Below, piece by piece: positions 28,698 through 39,456 of a stretch of DNA of 64,000 nucleotides (position 1 is the first letter of the stretch; each line of letters starts with the position of its first letter). Both the position numbers and the translations under genes were made by a program. This DNA is from Candidatus Delongbacteria bacterium (GTDB lineage Bacteria; CAIWAD01), in assembly GCA_963663545.1 (NCBI GenBank), contig OY760505.1, positions 192,001 through 256,000 of the forward strand. The letters run 5' to 3'. The notes below the pieces were generated by a model. That model was not told the origin of the DNA. It did no database searches and saw only the letters and a list, made by a program, of their open reading frames with translations.

Positions 28698-31208
28698 TCA
28701 CGGGTGTTCCTCTTCGGTCAGTAGGTCGTCTCCATCAAGCGCCAACTTGATCGCCTCCTGTAGATCCTGTGGTTGCCAGGGCTTTGTCAATAGCGGCCCC
28801 GGAATGAACATCGAGTACTCGTCTTCCAGGATCTCCCGCGTATACCCGCTGCAGAAAAGAAGAGGAAGATCTGGGTTCCTCTCGCGAATCACCTCCGCCA
28901 CATCCAGACCGCTCAAACTAGGCAGTACTACATCCAGAATTACCAGATCCAGCTCGTCGATGTAGTGTTCAAACAGTTCCAATGCACGAAAACCGTCTTC
29001 GGCATTGATGGTGCGCCACCCCATCTGCTCCAACTGGCGGACCGCCGTGCGCCGTACAGCGTCGTCGTCTTCGACAAGCAGCAATTGGCGCTGACGTGGC
29101 AGGAGGCTTGTGCTTCCAGGCTCTAAAACAGGCTGTTCTGCAGGCGTGCTCTCTTTTTCCTCGACGTGATGCAACGGAAGATAGACAACGAAACACGCGC
29201 CCTGGCCCTGAAGGGGGCCTAATTCAATACGACCGCCGTGTCGTTGCAAAATGGCGTAGGCCGTGGCCAAGCCGAGACCGGCACCCTGTCCGCTCTCCTT
29301 CGTGCTAAAAAAGGGCTCGAAGATGCGCGTGCGCAATTCGCTTGGAACTCCCGGTCCATCATCGCTGATCATCAGACATGCGTACTCGCCAGGCTCCAAC
29401 TCACGCGCCCGGCACCACTCGCCTGCGCAAAGTTGCCGACTGGAAGTCAGTGTGATACGTCCTCCCTGCGGCATTGCATCACGCGCATTCAAGCAGAGGT
29501 TGAGCATGACCTGCTCTAGCAGGACACGATCCACGTACACCTGCAGTGGTTTGCGACATAAAGCCGGCTCAACGCGAACTCTTGCCTCCAAAAGGCGGTG
29601 CAGCATACCAATGGCCGAGTAGACGATTTCGTTCAGGTCCACGCTTTCCAGCCGGAGTTCCTGCCTTCGGCTAAAACTCAGTAGCTGCCTCACCAATCGC
29701 TGTGCGCGGTCCGTTGTATCACGAATTTCCTTCAGCAGCGGCTGTCCTGTATCACGCAAATATGGACGCAGCAGTTCGCTGGTGCCCGCGATCACCTGAA
29801 GCAAATTATTGAAGTCGTGGGCGATACCTCCCGCCAAGCGGCCAACGGCTTCCATTTTCTGCGACTGGCGCAACTCCTCCTCCATGCGCACACGTTCTCC
29901 GATGTCAACGAGGAACAGAATACCGCGGGGTTCACCCTCCATCTCGAGTACACTGAGACTCAGCTCCAGCACCGGTCCTTCTTTGCTCTGCTGCACAAGT
30001 CGGCTGATACGTGTAACACTTTCACCCTGTGCGGCTTCCTCCCAAATGGCCCTCCAATCAAGAGGCGGATTCGTGGGCAAAACGTCGGATAACTCACGTC
30101 CTAGCAGCTTGTGCATTGGTGTATTGCACAAACGACAGGCCATCTGATTGGTGTAGCGCAGCCTGAGTTCGGGATCAAGTCGTATCACAGAGATTGGAGC
30201 GTTTTCCATTGTCTCACGTGCCAGCTGCAGGCCACGTTCAGCCTGTCTTAGCTGAGTGATATCGATGGACGTACCCTGAAAACTGTGCACACGCTCGCCT
30301 TCATAGCGTGGACGAGCTCGCAGCAGCAACACACGTTTCTCGCCCGTATCACGCCGTTGAACTCGTACCTCTGTAGTAAACCCTGTGCCGTTTTCCAGGC
30401 AGTGCATGAGTTCGTGTTCCAACCGTTCCCGCTCTCCGTCAACCAACAAGGCAAGGATGGATTCCATGTCAGGGTCGTTCTCTTCGCCGGACAGTCCGAG
30501 AATAGCCTTGCCCTGGGCGTTGATGAAGTTTTCCCAGCCACCACCGGGGAGGCGGCGTCGCTCCCAGTAACCGATACCTGCAATCAGCACCGCCTCTTCC
30601 AGGCGAATGCGCATTTGCTCCAGCTCACGAACCTCTTCAAGCTGCCGGTCGATATCGCGGTTTGAGGTCACCACTTCGACATGATCGCCGTAGAAGAGCA
30701 GACGCATGGTACTCTCCAGCGTGATCCAGCGTCCATCGGCGTGTCTCACACGACCACGTACTACGAGCTTCTCATCAGAGGCACCATTTGCTTCCACCAC
30801 CCTTTTCAAGCGTTGGAGATCGTCGGGATGCATCAACTCAATGGTGGTGTACTTGAGTGCCTCGGCGACTGTGTAGCCAAGCACTGATTTTACACTTGGT
30901 GACACATACAAGATGCGGCCGTCCGGTGCGAAGCGGCAGATGAAGTCGCCGGCTACCTCCAGCGAGACTTCGTATTCACGTATCACCCGGCTCAGATCAT
31001 CAATCCGTGCAGCATCCTTTGCAGAACTTGCCCGTGTACGCAACATGGATTGTAGAGCGAGAAGCGCAAACAGCGGAAGAGTGGCCGCTGGCAAGCGCAG
31101 CCAGGGGGGCAGATTGGCTAAGAACAGCAATAACAAAGAGGCGCTCACGGCCAGCAGCCATGCCGCAAGGACGGGAGGATTGAGGTTTCCAGCACCTCGA
31201 GAAGCCAT
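28698..31208 (-). CDS. Hybrid sensor histidine kinase (PAS x3, HisKA, HATPase, receiver)
   Basis: H-box AGGIAHDFNNLL, N-box NLCLNARDAM, FEPFFSTK, GAGLGL and receiver LLVEDD...LDVVLP. Start at 31208 after GGGGGAG. Confidence 0.93.
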   Translation of the reverse strand: MASRGAGNLNPPVLAAWLLAVSASLLLLFLANLPPWLRLPAATLPLFALLALQSMLRTRASSAKDAARIDDLSRVIREYEVSLEVAGDFICRFAPDGRILYVSPSVKSVLGYTVAEALKYTTIELMHPDDLQRLKRVVEANGASDEKLVVRGRVRHADGRWITLESTMRLLFYGDHVEVVTSNRDIDRQLEEVRELEQMRIRLEEAVLIAGIGYWERRRLPGGGWENFINAQGKAILGLSGEENDPDMESILALLVDGERERLEHELMHCLENGTGFTTEVRVQRRDTGEKRVLLLRARPRYEGERVHSFQGTSIDITQLRQAERGLQLARETMENAPISVIRLDPELRLRYTNQMACRLCNTPMHKLLGRELSDVLPTNPPLDWRAIWEEAAQGESVTRISRLVQQSKEGPVLELSLSVLEMEGEPRGILFLVDIGERVRMEEELRQSQKMEAVGRLAGGIAHDFNNLLQVIAGTSELLRPYLRDTGQPLLKEIRDTTDRAQRLVRQLLSFSRRQELRLESVDLNEIVYSAIGMLHRLLEARVRVEPALCRKPLQVYVDRVLLEQVMLNLCLNARDAMPQGGRITLTSSRQLCAGEWCRARELEPGEYACLMISDDGPGVPSELRTRIFEPFFSTKESGQGAGLGLATAYAILQRHGGRIELGPLQGQGACFVVYLPLHHVEEKESTPAEQPVLEPGSTSLLPRQRQLLLVEDDDAVRRTAVRQLEQMGWRTINAEDGFRALELFEHYIDELDLVILDVVLPSLSGLDVAEVIRERNPDLPLLFCSGYTREILEDEYSMFIPGPLLTKPWQPQDLQEAIKLALDGDDLLTEEEHP

Positions 31209-31228
31209 CACTCCCCCAAGGATCAAAG

Positions 31229-31254
31229 TGGGGCGACGCCGAAGCGCCGCCCCG
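31229..31254 (-). terminator. Probable terminator hairpin after the M16 peptidase gene
   Basis: GGGGCGACGC-CGAA-GCGCCGCCCC with a short TTTG tract on the minus strand. Confidence 0.5.
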
Positions 31255-31262
31255 CATTCGTA

Positions 31263-34151
31263 TTACAGTTCCTTGACATCCATTTCAGGCAGCTTCGCCT
31301 GTGCGATTGCCTGGGCGGAAGCAACCACACAACGACTGGCCCGTTCCGGCCTCATCACAAAGGCGGCAGCACGTCGAATATCGTCAACGCTGACATCGAT
31401 CACTGCACGACGTCGCTGCAAACGCAACTCCTGGGTGCGTCCCAGCAGCTTAGCGTGATAATCGCTGGTGGCATCGGAAACTTCCGATAGCGGGCCATCC
31501 AGCGTGCGTAACACGGCCAGCTTGGCGTTTTCCAGTAAATCATCGCTGATGCGACTCGCGGCTACCCACTCGGCGGCCCGAGCGAAGTCGTCTAATGTCG
31601 CCTCGATGCGTGGATCACGATATGACCAGCAGATCAGGTTGCCGAAGTGCAGGCGCAGCCCCACTCCATAGGCACCTCCCTCCTCGCGCACCTGGCGATG
31701 AAGCAGACCCTGCTCCAGAAGCTGGCACAGCACCATCAGCGCCGGCGTGAGCTCGTGCTCCGAAGGCGGCGCAGGCCAAGACATGAAATTGTAGGCAATC
31801 GCTGTCGCTCCGCTTAGAGCAACCTGCTGCAGTTGATGCTCGCTCGGCTTCCGGGAGAAGGAGGCTTCGCCTTCTGCGGCAAAGCCATTCACGGCTTCCG
31901 CCAGCTGACGCTTCAGCTCCTCTGCCCGGTCCTCCTCGGCGGCCAGAAAGATCCGCAGCTTTTGCTGTAACACGGCTTTCATCAGTCGCTTGAAATCATC
32001 GGCTGCTTTCTGAACGCTTTCGTCGCTTTTCAGCATCTCGCGCAGAGTTTCAACCAGCGGCTGTCCGTTCCAATTGTAGAAGAGATCCGCCGAAGCATTG
32101 CTATTGCGTGTCACAGCACTCATGCCATTCGACATCGCATTACCATTTGCGGCTTCGCGCTCGAGCAAGGTCAGTCGGCGGCGGAGCAGGTCTTTTAGTC
32201 GCGCTGTATCACGCAACTCTACACTCTCCAGTGTATCACGCATGAGTCCGCAATACTCGCTGAAGTTTGAGTAGAGGCAGCGACCGCTTAACGACAGCCA
32301 CGCAACAGGCTTATCATACTCCAGGATATCGAAGCCCAACAGCGCGCTTGCTCCGGGAGCAACACCAAGCCGTTGTTGTCGCTCGGCTGTAGCCAGGAAG
32401 TCCTCACCTCCACAACCGAGTTTGTCCAAGGCCCGCAACAGGATCGACATGCGGGGCACATCTTCCGGCGCAAGTTCAGGAAGCGGAAACACCATTTCTA
32501 TCCAGGCAATACCGTTGCTGCCACAGGGGTAGAACTGCATCTCATGCCCGGCCACGTTTTCCACGCAGGCCTGCGGATAACTAGGATCCTCGGTAACCTC
32601 ACTCAAGCGCAGGCGGGGCAGCTGGTCGAGGTCTTCTTCCACCTGCTGTTTGTGACGCAACTCGGTAGCTTGTGATACAAGGTGTTCGCGCTCGCTGTCG
32701 CTCAGTGCCTGCTCGCGACTCTGCAACCACTCCTGTTCCACCAGCACTTCTCGTGCGGCCATTTCGGCGTCCGGTACCAAACTGAAATTTACACGGTGAG
32801 GGTTCTCCAGAAGCATGCGCTTGACTAAGGCAGGCAAATAGGCGGGATCCTTTAGTCGCTTGTGCAAGCGGTCCAACGCCGGTCCCTGATTGATGCCGTC
32901 CACCGGATCGCCACCATGTAACACACGCTCCCCGGCACGCTCTAGCAACTCCAGCAGGAAGGGCATCCAGTTGCTGTCCTCGGTGTTGCGGTGATCCAGC
33001 TCCAGCTGATGTAGGGCGCGATCCACATCCTCACGTGGTAACCCTTCTGCGGCAACCTTTTCCAGCACCGACAGGATCAGCTTTTCGATCTCCGCCGCAT
33101 GCTTTTGGTCACTGCCCTGGAAGCCGGTGACAAACTGCATCTCGCTGGTATCAGTGCGCACGTAATTGCCAAACGGCGCCTTGCCCAGATCGCTGGCTTC
33201 CAGTGCGCGCATCAGCGGACTGGAGCTGCCGGTCATCAATACCTGTTGCAGGAACTCCGCGTCCATGCAGGCGTCCAGATCCGAAGCTGGCCCCAGCAGC
33301 CATGCCAGCGCGACATAGGCTTGTCCGTCTAGGGTTTCGCCGCTGAAGGGATACGTAGCCGAGCTTGTCACAGGTTTCTCGTGATACTGCTCCCGGGGAA
33401 TTGTGAATGTATCACCGACTCCTGGGAAGCGGTGCAAGACAAGCTCCTGGAAACGTTGCTGATGTTCCGCTGCGGAGATATCACCGACCGTCAAGAAGAT
33501 GGCGTTGCTCGGATGGTAATAGCGCGCGTGAAAAGCCTTGAACTCTTCGTAGCTCAAATGCGGAATACAGGCCGGATCTCCGCCAGAATTGTTGCGATAG
33601 AAGAGCGTCGGAAACAAGTATTGATCCAATCCCGCATAGAAACGGCGCACGGGCGAACTCATCGCGCCCTTCATCTCGTTGTAGACGACGCCGTGTACTA
33701 CAAGTCCGCTCTCAGGATCTACCGGATCACGAAACTCCAGGCGGTGACCCTCCTGGCGGAAATCCAGCTCGGTCAGCAGCGGGAAAAACAGGCAATCCAG
33801 ATAAACCTGCAGCAGGTTGTCAAAGTCCTTGCGGTTGCAGGAGGCAAAGGGATAGCTCGTTGCATCCGGTCCCGTCATCGCATTCATGAAAGAAGAGAAG
33901 CTGCGATTCCCCATGTGTGTAAAGACTTCGTGAACGGGAAATCTCTCGCTGCCTTGTAACACACAATGCTCAATGATGTGGGCTACGCCTGTGGAATCGG
34001 TGGGCAGGGTGCGAAAGACAACGGAAAAAGCATTGTGCGATTTACCGTTGTCCAGATGGATATGTCGTGCACCGGTAGTTGTGTGACGGTAGTCCTCGCA
34101 GACAAGTCCCAGCGCCGGGACTTCCTGGCGGGACAACAATTCAAAACTCAT
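31263..34151 (-). CDS. M16C (presequence protease/insulinase-like) zinc peptidase
   Basis: TGVAHIIEHCVL inverted HXXEH, FMNAMT, GVVYNEMKG, VREEGGAYG and SYRDP. Confidence 0.93.
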   Translation of the reverse strand: MSFELLSRQEVPALGLVCEDYRHTTTGARHIHLDNGKSHNAFSVVFRTLPTDSTGVAHIIEHCVLQGSERFPVHEVFTHMGNRSFSSFMNAMTGPDATSYPFASCNRKDFDNLLQVYLDCLFFPLLTELDFRQEGHRLEFRDPVDPESGLVVHGVVYNEMKGAMSSPVRRFYAGLDQYLFPTLFYRNNSGGDPACIPHLSYEEFKAFHARYYHPSNAIFLTVGDISAAEHQQRFQELVLHRFPGVGDTFTIPREQYHEKPVTSSATYPFSGETLDGQAYVALAWLLGPASDLDACMDAEFLQQVLMTGSSSPLMRALEASDLGKAPFGNYVRTDTSEMQFVTGFQGSDQKHAAEIEKLILSVLEKVAAEGLPREDVDRALHQLELDHRNTEDSNWMPFLLELLERAGERVLHGGDPVDGINQGPALDRLHKRLKDPAYLPALVKRMLLENPHRVNFSLVPDAEMAAREVLVEQEWLQSREQALSDSEREHLVSQATELRHKQQVEEDLDQLPRLRLSEVTEDPSYPQACVENVAGHEMQFYPCGSNGIAWIEMVFPLPELAPEDVPRMSILLRALDKLGCGGEDFLATAERQQRLGVAPGASALLGFDILEYDKPVAWLSLSGRCLYSNFSEYCGLMRDTLESVELRDTARLKDLLRRRLTLLEREAANGNAMSNGMSAVTRNSNASADLFYNWNGQPLVETLREMLKSDESVQKAADDFKRLMKAVLQQKLRIFLAAEEDRAEELKRQLAEAVNGFAAEGEASFSRKPSEHQLQQVALSGATAIAYNFMSWPAPPSEHELTPALMVLCQLLEQGLLHRQVREEGGAYGVGLRLHFGNLICWSYRDPRIEATLDDFARAAEWVAASRISDDLLENAKLAVLRTLDGPLSEVSDATSDYHAKLLGRTQELRLQRRRAVIDVSVDDIRRAAAFVMRPERASRCVVASAQAIAQAKLPEMDVKEL

Positions 34152-36007
34152 CGATCCTCCCTATCAGGAACAAGCCGGGGTGCGGGTGTGGGACTCGCGC
34201 TTCCTTCCCCGGCGGGATTGGGTTTCAATTGGAAAAACCAGATCAGCACTGCACCAGCAACGGCACAGAGCGCGCAGAGGGCGGCGGGCCATGCGTGCAG
34301 CAGCAGAAGGTGTCCCAGGAAAAAGGTTACACCATAGATCAACAACGCGCCGCCGATCCATGAAGGCAGAAAGGCCCTGAGCAGCGAAGGCTGTCCCACG
34401 GCGTGCGGGTAGCGTTCTTTCAGTTCGCCCCAGGCACCTCCAGGTCGTACGCGCTCATAAAAGCGTTCCAGTGTATCACGCGGCTCGGGTTTGGTCAGCA
34501 GCGTGACACTGACCCATACTACGATGGAAAAAGGCACCACAATCAGCGCCTTTACTGCCGTACTCACGGGCTGGCCAAAGAGCTCGGGCGCTGTTGCAAA
34601 CAGGCGATACTCGCCCGGCGCACTCTGCACAAAGGCCAGAATCTCCAGCCCGAAAGTCACTAGAATGGAAGCTCCCAGCGCACTCAGCTCCGACCAGGCA
34701 TTGATACGCCACCAGAACCAGCGCAGAATGAGCACCAGGCCAATGCCGGCCCCCATCGCCCAGACGAAAATCCAGGCGCGATCGATGGAACTCATGAAGA
34801 AAGAGAGCGCCGCCGACAGGGTAATGAGCACCAGAATGGTCAGCCGACTGATAAAGACGTAATGCCGTTCATCGGCCTGCGGTTTGAGAAAGCGCCGGTA
34901 GATGTCATTGACCACGTAGCTGGCGCCCCAGTTCAGGTGCGTGTCGATGGTGCTCATGAATGCGGCAAGAAAAGTGGTGACCAGCAATCCACGCAGCCCC
35001 GGTCCCAGCACGGCCTTGAGCACCATCGGGTAAGCGAGTTTATTGCCCGAGGCCTCAGTAGTGTCGGCGATGTGCGGGAATAGCACCAGGCTGACCAGCG
35101 CCACTAGAATCCAGGGCCAGACACGCAGTGCATAGTTGGCCACATTGTACCACAGCGAAGCCTTCACCGCATCACGCTCACTGCGACAAGCCATCATGCG
35201 TTGTATCACATAACCGCCGCCGTCGGCGTTGTGGTTGCTCCACCACATCAAGGTGATGAAGATGAAGAAAGTGAAGAAGCTGCTGCCCATGAACCCATCA
35301 CCAAAACCATCGAAGGTGGGCACGAAGGAGGTCAAATGCTGCGGTGTGTCGGAGAGTCCGGCGAGCTTCTGTTGCAGCGCGCTTAGCCCACCCACCTCGG
35401 CAACGGCGAACCAGGCCAGCAGAATCGAACCCGTCATGGCCAGAATGAACTGGACCAGATCGGTGACCACCACTCCCCAGAAGCCGGAAAGCACGGTGTA
35501 GACCACGGCGATCGTTACCAAGGTCCAGGTAGTCAGTTGCGGACTGCTGCCCGTAAGCACTTGCACAACGGTGCTCATGCCGTTGATCACCCAGCCCATG
35601 ACGATGAAGTTGTAGACAGTGGCAAACCAGCCCGCCTTGAAGCCGCGCAAAAAGGCTGCGGGACGCCCGCTGTAGCGCAGTTCGATCAGCTCATTGTCCG
35701 TTAACACGCCAGCGCGTCGCCACAATCGACTGAAGAGGAAAACGCCGAGCAACCCTCCCAGGGCCAGATTCCACCACCACCAATTCCGCCAGATGCCGTG
35801 ACCACGTACCATTTCAGTAATGGCCAAAGGCGTATCGGCGGCAAAGGTTGTGGCCACCATCGAGGTCCCCAGCATCCACCAGGGCAGACTGCGTCCGGCG
35901 AGAAAGAAATCGCTCGTTGAGCGCGAACTGCGGCGGGTCAGGTAAATGCCCGTGCCCAGGGCAAACAGCAGATATGCAGCTACAATCAACCAATCCAGAA
36001 TCGTCAT
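34148..36007 (-). CDS. Sodium:solute symporter family protein
   Basis: Motifs DFFLAGRSLPWW, SMVATTFAADTP and AAFMSTIDTHLNWGASY, with many TM helices. Confidence 0.92.
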   Translation of the reverse strand: MTILDWLIVAAYLLFALGTGIYLTRRSSRSTSDFFLAGRSLPWWMLGTSMVATTFAADTPLAITEMVRGHGIWRNWWWWNLALGGLLGVFLFSRLWRRAGVLTDNELIELRYSGRPAAFLRGFKAGWFATVYNFIVMGWVINGMSTVVQVLTGSSPQLTTWTLVTIAVVYTVLSGFWGVVVTDLVQFILAMTGSILLAWFAVAEVGGLSALQQKLAGLSDTPQHLTSFVPTFDGFGDGFMGSSFFTFFIFITLMWWSNHNADGGGYVIQRMMACRSERDAVKASLWYNVANYALRVWPWILVALVSLVLFPHIADTTEASGNKLAYPMVLKAVLGPGLRGLLVTTFLAAFMSTIDTHLNWGASYVVNDIYRRFLKPQADERHYVFISRLTILVLITLSAALSFFMSSIDRAWIFVWAMGAGIGLVLILRWFWWRINAWSELSALGASILVTFGLEILAFVQSAPGEYRLFATAPELFGQPVSTAVKALIVVPFSIVVWVSVTLLTKPEPRDTLERFYERVRPGGAWGELKERYPHAVGQPSLLRAFLPSWIGGALLIYGVTFFLGHLLLLHAWPAALCALCAVAGAVLIWFFQLKPNPAGEGSASPTPAPRLVPDREDR

Positions 36008-36081
36008 CGAGGCTCCGTGTTGAAAGGATAGAAGGTATAAAACCGCATCCAGCCCTTCATTTCATGAACAGGATCCAGCTT

Positions 36082-36109
36082 TCAATATATTCAATCCTAT
36101 TGCCGATAT
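36082..36109 (+). promoter_or_regulatory. Putative sigma-28 promoter of the 142-aa hypothetical gene
   Basis: TCAA-N16-GCCGATAT, 27 nt upstream of the ATG. Same TCAAT -35 and spacing as the MCP promoter. Confidence 0.45.
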
Positions 36110-36136
36110 TATTGACGTTTCAGCTCTGGAGGCGCG

Positions 36137-36565
36137 ATGTCAATCGGTTTTGAGTACAACGAGACAGAGAATATCCTCTTCATCCGCAGTGGCGAGACCC
36201 TTTGCATGCAGGATTATCTCGTCTACCGCAACGCACTGCGCAATCAACCCTTTCGCGACAACCTACGCTGCCTGGCCAACTATTTAGGCACGACGGTCAG
36301 TATGAACTACGAAGAAATGCTGTATACGGTAAAGCGTACTCGGGATATCTTTGAAGGTACAAAGCGGGTACGCGTCGTGATCTGTGTTACAGGCGCACTT
36401 TCCCTTGGCCTCGCGCGTATGTACAGCCTCCTTAATGAAAGTGATGACTATCAGGTGCAAGTAGTTGACAGCGTCGAAGAGGCCTTGCGCACGCTGAACA
36501 TTGACCCGGAGCTGCTTCCTGAGCACTTCGAGATGCTGAATGCGGGTGCGCCAGACGGCGAGTGA
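36137..36565 (+). CDS. Small hypothetical protein (STAS/SEC14/SpoIIAA-like)
   Basis: GGAGG RBS. Pattern VVICV...LGLARMY...VQVVDSVEEALRTL is typical of such small alpha/beta proteins. Confidence 0.6.
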   Translation: MSIGFEYNETENILFIRSGETLCMQDYLVYRNALRNQPFRDNLRCLANYLGTTVSMNYEEMLYTVKRTRDIFEGTKRVRVVICVTGALSLGLARMYSLLNESDDYQVQVVDSVEEALRTLNIDPELLPEHFEMLNAGAPDGE

Positions 36566-36600
36566 GTCGGCTAACCGATTCACAGGGGCGGGTTCGTCAG

Positions 36601-37956
36601 TTAAAAGGCGTGATCCGATATCATCTGCACCGCGCCCCCCTCACTGCCCACACCCAGATCCACACGTATCACGAGCTGATTTACCAGTAAGCGCAGGCCC
36701 AACAGTCCGTTCACCTTCATGGCTTGATGCAGCGTGCTAAGGTCGTAGCCGGGCGCAACGCGACCCGCCTCCAGACCATAGACCAACTGCAGCCAGTCGA
36801 TGCGCATGCCCAACTTCTGCAGCAAAGCGATCTTCTCCAGCGGATTCCAGCGCAAGGTCTGCCGTAGCTCCGCCTGATACACCAGCGCCGAGCGATCGTT
36901 GAAACGCGCCGGCGCATAGGCGCGCATGCGGTCCATACCTCCCAGACTGGCACCAGCGTAGGTTGGTGGCCGGTGATACACTGGATCACCATCTGCAGCA
37001 TCGGCACTGTTCCATGTGAGACAGTGACTGGTCCACACACTTAACGCCAGGGTGAGTCGCCGTGTGTGTGTGCCTGATCCAAGTGGCAGGTAGCCTGTTG
37101 CACTGCCCATCGCCTGCGTCCATGAGTTACTGGAAGCGCCGCTCCCCCAATCGCGTGACACAGCGGCATAAATCCGGCTGCCGCGCGTGGGATCATCACT
37201 GAAGTCGGTGGCGTCGTACTCGACAAAGAAATCGCTGCCGATGGTGGTGGAGTTGAAATCGCCGACATGGCTCAGCGACAGGTCCTGGCTACGATAAAAG
37301 GGACGCACTCCCAGCATGGTGTAGCCGGTCTTCCAAGGCAGCGGGGGCCATGTATCACGGGCACCCTCAACCACAATGCCATCGCGTAATACAAGGCGAT
37401 GCATCTTCTCGTAACGCCCCTGCCCCAGCGGTAACAAGTAATGCAAGCGAAGCCAGGCTTCCTGATCCAGGCCGTTGCCTTCCAGGTAATTGTCCGGATC
37501 CGAATCATTGGCCCCCGCACGCGCATCCGCAAAGTCGGGATGCCCGTCGCTGAACACCTTCATTGCGTCAAAGTACCCGAGGGTCAGCCGTGAGGTGGCG
37601 TACAAGCGCCCATGTGGAAAAGGACGCAGATCGCTGGCCTTGGCGTATAGGTAGTTCGTGCCTTTGCTGCCAGCGAAAGCCGTGAGAAACAGCGAAGACT
37701 GGGGTTGAGGCCAACTGCTGGTCACAGCGGCGAGCGCCACCGCCGCGCCCATCATGTCGTTGTAGAAGGCAAAGGGAAACAGGGCCAAGCCGGGCTTGCC
37801 ACCTACTTCACCGGCGCGAACCAGTTCCTCCTGCGCGTGTGACACGGAACAGACGGACAACAGTAGAAGCAGTACCACGGCGGCGCGTCGCAAACAGGAT
37901 TCCAGATCGTGGTTGGCTGGGGCAGGCAGAAGAGCGCTAGCAGAGTGAAGGGACAT
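36601..37956 (-). CDS. Omp85/BamA-TamA family surface-antigen barrel protein
   Basis: LGGMDRMRAY...RFND..L..QAELR (variant of the RGY/F lid-lock motif) and C-terminal Phe. Start is uncertain. Confidence 0.7.
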   Translation of the reverse strand: MSLHSASALLPAPANHDLESCLRRAAVVLLLLLSVCSVSHAQEELVRAGEVGGKPGLALFPFAFYNDMMGAAVALAAVTSSWPQPQSSLFLTAFAGSKGTNYLYAKASDLRPFPHGRLYATSRLTLGYFDAMKVFSDGHPDFADARAGANDSDPDNYLEGNGLDQEAWLRLHYLLPLGQGRYEKMHRLVLRDGIVVEGARDTWPPLPWKTGYTMLGVRPFYRSQDLSLSHVGDFNSTTIGSDFFVEYDATDFSDDPTRGSRIYAAVSRDWGSGASSNSWTQAMGSATGYLPLGSGTHTRRLTLALSVWTSHCLTWNSADAADGDPVYHRPPTYAGASLGGMDRMRAYAPARFNDRSALVYQAELRQTLRWNPLEKIALLQKLGMRIDWLQLVYGLEAGRVAPGYDLSTLHQAMKVNGLLGLRLLVNQLVIRVDLGVGSEGGAVQMISDHAF

Positions 37957-38236
37957 GGGAACCTCAAACGAAACGTGGCGGCGGGCACTGCCAGCATGCA
38001 GGCACTCGCGCATATCCTGGGTCTACGTTCCCATATTCTCGTTCCCCCGGCGCACAACTTAAGATGTTACGGGCTTCGTCACGCAAGCCGGGCCATTTTT
38101 GCTTCACAGTCTTGCCGTGAAGCAGTTGGCGAAACGGTTGGAATCATCCAAGAGCAATCGGCAGTGACACAGGTGAAAAGCCACACTGCCGGTCAACCTG
38201 GCTATGCAGACTGACTGGCAGTAGTTGAGGCGAAGA

Positions 38237-39454
38237 TTAGGTCAGACCGTCGCGGCGGTGCCAGGAGAAATTCAGCAGCAGGCCCACCAGCGCCATATTG
38301 GTCCAGGTAAAACTGCCGCCGTAGGTGAGAAAGGGCAGCGGTAGGCCGGTCACCGGCGCCACGCCAATGGTCATGCCCACATTGACGAGGACATGAAAGA
38401 AGAGCAGCGAGGCGATGCCCGTCATCACCAGCCCGCAGAAGTTGTTACGGTGGCGCAGCGCAACGGTGAGCACGCGAATCAGCAGCACGGTGAACAGGCC
38501 CAGAACGAGTACGGCGCCAAGGAAGCCGAACTCCTCTCCCAGCACGCTGAAGACGAAGTCGGTGTGGCGCTCAGGCAAAAAGGCGAGCTGAGTCTGGCTA
38601 CCCTGCAGGAAGCCCTTGCCGCTAAAGCCCCCCGAACCAATAGCCACTTTCGATTGAATGATCTGATAGCCTGCGCCCAGAGGGTCGCTTTCGGGATCGA
38701 GAAAAATGCGAATGCGCTGCTGCTGGTAGGGCTTGAGCAACCCCCAGAGCATGGGCAGCGCAAAGCCGATGCCCGCGTTCACCGAGAGCACGGCCGAGGT
38801 CACCAGCATGTTGGCTTCGGCCGCGTACAGCAGCACTCCCAGGGCAATGATGAAAGGCAACAGCAGGAAGATGTTCTGACTAAGCAGTGCCGATACGATG
38901 GGCGCGACAATGTAGAGCACCCAGGGCCAGGGAAGGCCAGCACGAATCAGCATGGGAAAGAGCACAAAAGCATAGACCAAGGCGGTACCCAGATCAGGCT
39001 GCACCAGCACGAGGCCCATGGGCAGCAGTGCCACCAGCGCCGCCATGATGATATGGGCCGGTCTGCGCAGGTCGATGCGGTTGTCGGCAAGCAACCGTGC
39101 TACAGCCAGGATCAGAGCCAGCTTGCCTAATTCCGAGGGCTGAAAGCGAAAGGCGCCAATTTGCAACCAGCGTTCGGCTCCCATACCCATGGCACCAGCC
39201 ACTTTAACCGCCAACAGAAGCAGCAGGCTACTCCCGTACAGCAGCCAGGAAGTGGCAAACCAGAAGTTGGGCGGCAACAGTGCCGCTGTGAGCAGCACAG
39301 GCAATCCCAGCAAAAGCCAGATACTCTGTTTGGTAGCGTAGTCAATGGGTTGATTGGCACTGGCGCTGGTCAACACCAATAGTCCCATCAGCATTAGGGC
39401 AAAGGCACTGAAAAAGAGAACCCAATCGAAGCGTTTCAGGATCTGCGCCAACAT
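38237..39454 (-). CDS. rodA: Rod shape-determining protein RodA
   Basis: Motifs FQPSELGK, QPDLGT, GYQIIQSKVAIGSGG, PERHTDF and TGLPLPFLTYGGS. Confidence 0.95.
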   Translation of the reverse strand: MLAQILKRFDWVLFFSAFALMLMGLLVLTSASANQPIDYATKQSIWLLLGLPVLLTAALLPPNFWFATSWLLYGSSLLLLLAVKVAGAMGMGAERWLQIGAFRFQPSELGKLALILAVARLLADNRIDLRRPAHIIMAALVALLPMGLVLVQPDLGTALVYAFVLFPMLIRAGLPWPWVLYIVAPIVSALLSQNIFLLLPFIIALGVLLYAAEANMLVTSAVLSVNAGIGFALPMLWGLLKPYQQQRIRIFLDPESDPLGAGYQIIQSKVAIGSGGFSGKGFLQGSQTQLAFLPERHTDFVFSVLGEEFGFLGAVLVLGLFTVLLIRVLTVALRHRNNFCGLVMTGIASLLFFHVLVNVGMTIGVAPVTGLPLPFLTYGGSFTWTNMALVGLLLNFSWHRRDGLT

Positions 39455-39456
39455 GA

